DNA of 64,000 nucleotides. Source: Podarcis liolepis. Its lineage: Eukaryota. A model generated the notes under the pieces. That model was not told where the DNA came from. It did no database searches and saw nothing but the letters and a program-made list of their open reading frames with translations. How positions within the stretch are numbered: position 1 is the stretch's first letter; every line of letters starts with the position of its first letter. The stretch is taken from the NCBI GenBank assembly GCA_965112155.1, contig OZ218104.1. One strand, 5' to 3'. Shown piece by piece: positions 59,326 through 64,000 of this stretch. Both the position numbers and the translations under genes were made by a program.

Positions 59326-61866
59326 TTATATGGTCTCTAGTTATATGCTAGAGCCCTGTTCAGTGAAGTGAGGCCACTAAAAGCCCAAGTCTGCTCCCCC
59401 TATGAACAACAAATATGTTCATATTTGGCCCCTACAAAGCCACAAATGCTTTTCTCCGAACCACTGTTTTGCCTTTGGGTTGGGCTAATAACAGAACAGC
59501 CAGACAGCAACTCTCAGAGGGATTTCATTTGCCAGTTTTAAACTTGAGAGAACAAGAAGCCCAGTGCCACTTGAAAGCATCTATTAAGCAACCACTAGAA
59601 CCCTACCCAAGACCCTTTTGCTCTCTAGCAATTCCAGCACACCAATTTTTCCTTCACCACTATGGATGCTGAAACAGAAGAGAGGTGAAAATTCTCATAA
59701 AGACCAGGACAGGTATCCAATGCTACTCAGAGTAGATCCTTGAAGTTAACTGACACAACAAACTTAGGTTCATTAATTTCAATGGGTGTGCTCCTGAGTA
59801 GGATTTAGTTGGATACAACCATAGGTCCTCACCAGATTCTGCAATTTGTGCTTCTCAGCACAGATGCCTATTAATAGCATTTACTACTGCTCAGTCCGTG
59901 CCAGGTTACAGTCTCCTGTTCTGTAGTAAACACAGCCTACGTTAACAAGTCTATCAATGTAACTTTCCTGTTATGTCAAGACTTTTAGCTGGCTAATGAT
60001 AACTGTGGATACAGTGGTGTAGCTTTAGTATTTATCTTTAAAACTATTATTTTTTTTAAAAAAAATCAACCATAGTGTTACAAGAACTATTATTTGCTGT
60101 GGAATTAATTTTTGACTGTTGTTCGTGAAAAGCAATAGTATGCAAAGAAATAAAAGCACCAGCAAGCTTGAAGGAATTGCAGGAACAGGTCAGAAAAAGA
60201 AGAGACCTGTAGCACTTTAAGACTAATAAATTTATTATTGCATAAGCTTTCATAAATAAATCTGCTAAATCTTTAAGGTACTATGGGAGTCTGTTTTTGC
60301 TGCAACAGAATAACAGCTCATAATCTGAAGTTAACACTCTGGATGGAGTTTATCCTGATACAAGATGTTGGTTAGCACTTCAGTCAGTGAACCTTATACC
60401 ATGCATCTCCCAAAACAGTTGTTTGTTTTTTTGGCTGATGAGTTTTAGAAGTTTCTTGGTCACCTGAACTTCCTGCAATATTTACAAGGAAGTTTCTTTA
60501 TCTATTTCCATCAGCTAGGCTTTTTACTTTTTAAAGAAACAAGGGGTTGCAGGCAATGCTAGTTCTACTCAGAGGAGACCTACTCAAATTAATTGATATT
60601 AGTTCCATTAATTTCAATGAGTCTACTTCAAATAGAAAGTAAGGAATCTATGTGGGATAGAAAACTGATCCCAATTGTCCTTAAGTATTTATTCACCCCA
60701 GAGAAATCCAGGACAATACAACTCAGTTACAAACTAGATTCAACCAAAACAGCAGAGGCAAGATCTATAGACCTCTCAAATGTAATCATTCTTAACACAC
60801 CCTGTAAGCAATTTAGAATATAGGAGAGCTACAATATGCTAGCTACAGCCTGCAATGAATTCACTTCAATATACCAAATATGTCAAAGTTGACTAAGAGG
60901 ATAAACAAGATCAAGACAATGTTAGCACTCACTCTCTCTTTACTTCAACTATTATAATTAAGAAAAATTCGTGAAGTACTTGCCTGGGAGCTACAATTTC
61001 TAAGCAATTACAAGAACGAACAGATCTTTCTTTTTCTTCTTCTATTAAGTTTTCTTCTTAAAATTTCCCCGGAGACCCCCAAAAATACATTATGAAAACT
61101 TGTATCCCTGTACATACTGTATATAACAGTATACATATACGTACATATACAGATCTTTGTTTCTATGGGTATTTGCAAGTACCCATCACCCCTGCTAATG
61201 AACATAAATATTCTGTATAAAAGTAATGAAGATGTTACAACTCTTCTAAAATTTTAAGAGTTTACAAGTAAGAAGAGATTACTCTGATTTCTAGTGTTAC
61301 TGCAGGGGAGAAGGAAGCCTGTCATCCACCTTGTGATGCAGCTGTCATACTCCTTAGCAGATTTGAAATCAGTAACTTTTATTATCTCAAGACTTGACTA
61401 ATACAAAAGCTGCAGCATGGACTCAGAAAACCGTTTAGTTAAATGATTGATCGTGAAAATAATAATTCATGTATATTCAGAATCCTGTGTTTTATTACCA
61501 TTCTTATTTAAAAGCACCTAAAATTCTAGACACTGTACAAAAATCAAAAGGCATAGGCTCTGCCTATAGGTTTATAATTAACAGACATGATAACAAAAAT
61601 CATTGGGAGAGAGGAGAAAAATAAGCAAATTTAGAAACAATTCTTACATACAGTTTTAGAATTGTCATAAAGATTAGGTGGAATGTTCCCTACAGGAGAC
61701 AGTTCTAAGACAGGGGGAGCCAAGTTATACTTGGCCCCAGCCAGTTGGCTGTGTCACTTTTCACTTGCTGGGTGCAGGTGAAGTGGCTGTTAATGAAGAC
61801 AGTACAATGAAGAAACAGTAAAGTGTAAGAATATTATAATGTTTGCTAATTGAGAACAGTCTAGCC

Positions 61867-62973
61867 CAGTTTTTTCTAACTGGGGGCTACATGGCCCACT
61901 GGGACTCCCCAGGATATTTCGGGGGGCCACAGGTGAAAATCACATAAAGGGAGCCATAGCATGAGGCTAGGGGGCCACAGAGGAAAGTGAGAAGTGAAGG
62001 GGGGGGATCATTTTTTAAAATCTGATTGGCTGGCTATCTGCTTGGCCAATCACAAGCGGGTATGTGGGTGCCCCACCAGGGCCTAACACTCTTTTTTGCC
62101 ACGTGCATGTCCTGGTTTGTTTCCAGCAGGAGAGGACGATCGCTGAGGCTCCCATTTACACCAGTAGAGCCCGTGATCCAGAACCCCCAGGTCAGATAAC
62201 TGCAGTGGTGGAGTGGCAATGGGTAAGACTGGGCGAGCCGGAGCTGACTGTTGCTGCTGCCAGTGCTGGGCCCAGTGGCAGCTTGGGCCTGACTCTGCAA
62301 GGTGCAGGGTGCAATCCACCCCAGCGCCTAGTGGATCAGGGCCTTCAGATGCTGCTGAGGGGTACAGGGCCTGTCGGCAGTGTTGGCATAGCTCTGCAAG
62401 GTGCAGGGTAAAATCCACCCCAGTGCCTAGCCAAGCGGGGTCATCTGGTGCTACTGACTTGCATCTAGTAAATAACTGAGCGTCTACTCAGAAGAAAGCC
62501 ATACTGAGTTCAGTGGGCCTTACTGTATATACAGCACTCCTTGTGTTCCTTTTGAACTGTATCTATAGGTTTCCCCCTCTGTGTCAAATAACTGGGGTCA
62601 AATAAGTGTTGCTTATTTTTGTAATACATGGAAGATGGATCTCCCTTGGGATGTTCTGGACTCTCCTTCCTTGGAGGTTTCTAAGCAGAGGATGCATGGC
62701 CATCTGTCATGGATGCTTTAGAGGAGATTCCTATATTGCATGGAGTTGCACTAGAAAGATGACCCTGGGGTCCCTTCCAGCTCTATGATTCTATGTTTTT
62801 CTCCTTCAACAATATTTCATTATGTTCCTATAAATAGCTACCTTTCTACCGGTAGGATTTGTTGGGGGGGGGGCAGAACATCATATTTGTAGTGATTTTT
62901 TAAAAAAAAAAACTTATTGTGGGGGCACAGGAAGGAAACAAGGTTGGAAGGGGACCTCATTTGGAAAATGCTG
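61867..62973. mobile_element. 1.1-kb non-autonomous hAT (Charlie-like) element with a nested CR1 fragment
   Basis: Perfect 8-bp target duplication gtctagcc (61859-61866 and 62974-62981); degenerate CAG...CTG TIRs; CR1 tail at about 62655-62796. Confidence 0.75.
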
Positions 62974-63140
62974 GTCTAGCCAACAAGAATTGAAAAATAA
63001 CTGCTTAGACTACAACAGGTTTAAAATAAAATAAAGACCTCTGACATTTATAATCATTATAAATCAGCACACTTTTAAAAAGAAAAAAGTAAGAGAACAT
63101 TCTAAAATGCTTCAAAATGAGCAAATAAAGTTATTCACCA

Positions 63141-63480
63141 GAAAAGAAGAGACCGAGGAGATATGATAGCCATTTTCAAATATCTAATGGGCTGTCACAT
63201 GGAAGATGGAGCAAGCTTGTTTTCTCCTGTTCCAGAGGCTAGGACCCAGTCCAATGGATTCAAGTTACAAGAAAGGAGATCTGAACTAAACATCAGGAAG
63301 AGCTGTTTGACAGTGGAAAGGACTCCTTCAAAAGGAGGTGGACTCTCCTTCATTGGAGGCTTTTAAGCAGTGGTTGGGTGGTCATCTGTCATGGATGCTT
63401 TAGTTGAGATTCCTGCACTGCAGGGGGTTTGACTAGATGACCCTCAGGGTCACTTCCAACTCTACAATTCTATGATTCTA
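63141..63480 (+). mobile_element. CR1 LINE 3' fragment
   Basis: ORF2 end (GDMIAIFKYLMGCHMEDGASLFS...RTQSNGFKLQERR) and tail cttccaactctacaattctatgattcta. Confidence 0.88.
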
Positions 63481-64000
63481 AGACCTATGCAAAAGACCAA
63501 CGAAAACAATTACTCTAGAATGACAATGGTAGATTTCAAACCACAACTACAATAACCATGACTGAATCAGCAAGAACCAATGAAGTTACTAGGAACTGCT
63601 GCCACTGCATAAGAGTAAAACACACACACACACACACAAACAGCTGACACATATACCAAGGCAGCAATTCTATGAGACACGGTGGGACTTACTGTGGAGT
63701 AAGCATGCAGAAGATCACACTAAGTTTCTTGGGTACAGTAAATTAATACACTGCAGGCATATAGCATATAATAATAATAATAATAATAATATAATTACAG
63801 TATATCCATCCAATAACACCAAGCGTAAAACATAGCACTATACACATAGTTTAGTTTACTTTCTACTATTACAGACAAGGCAAACACATTCCAATCAAAG
63901 CAATTTCTTGTCTTGGCTTACTGCCACATCTCTTTTGACCCTTATCAGGAGCCTGCAACCCTCCTGCTATAATAAGTACAAAGATTTGACTCCACAAAAA

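Noticed and set aside
51898-64000. Search for NFAT5 exons 1-2 or an intronic nested gene
   Set aside because: No matching exon found by eye. The short ORFs here are random or LINE-derived, so these exons probably lie beyond the window.

Overview
Vertebrate genomic DNA, most likely a squamate (the repeat content looks lacertid-like), with two assembly gaps. It carries the NOB1-NQO1-NFAT5 gene block in the same order and orientation as human 16q22. NOB1 (+): exons 3-9, 5' end outside the window. NQO1 (+): complete, six coding exons, 275 aa, with a CpG-island promoter containing a GC box, an antioxidant response element and a TATA box. NFAT5/TonEBP (-): coding exons 3-14 in one continuous frame, a non-coding last exon of about 4.8 kb, and exons 1-2 not found in the window. 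Exon numbers follow my recollection of the human genes. Introns hold CR1 and L2 LINE fragments, tRNA-derived SINEs, Tc1/mariner- and hAT-type MITEs and microsatellites. I found no evidence of a new biological system. The points most worth checking are an NQO2-like Asn at the NQO1 His161 position, a very compact ARE-TATA promoter, a GC-AG intron in NOB1, an intron 8 nt after the NFAT5 stop codon with a possible intronic polyA signal, SINEs with different tRNA heads on one CR1 tail, and several composite or nested transposons.
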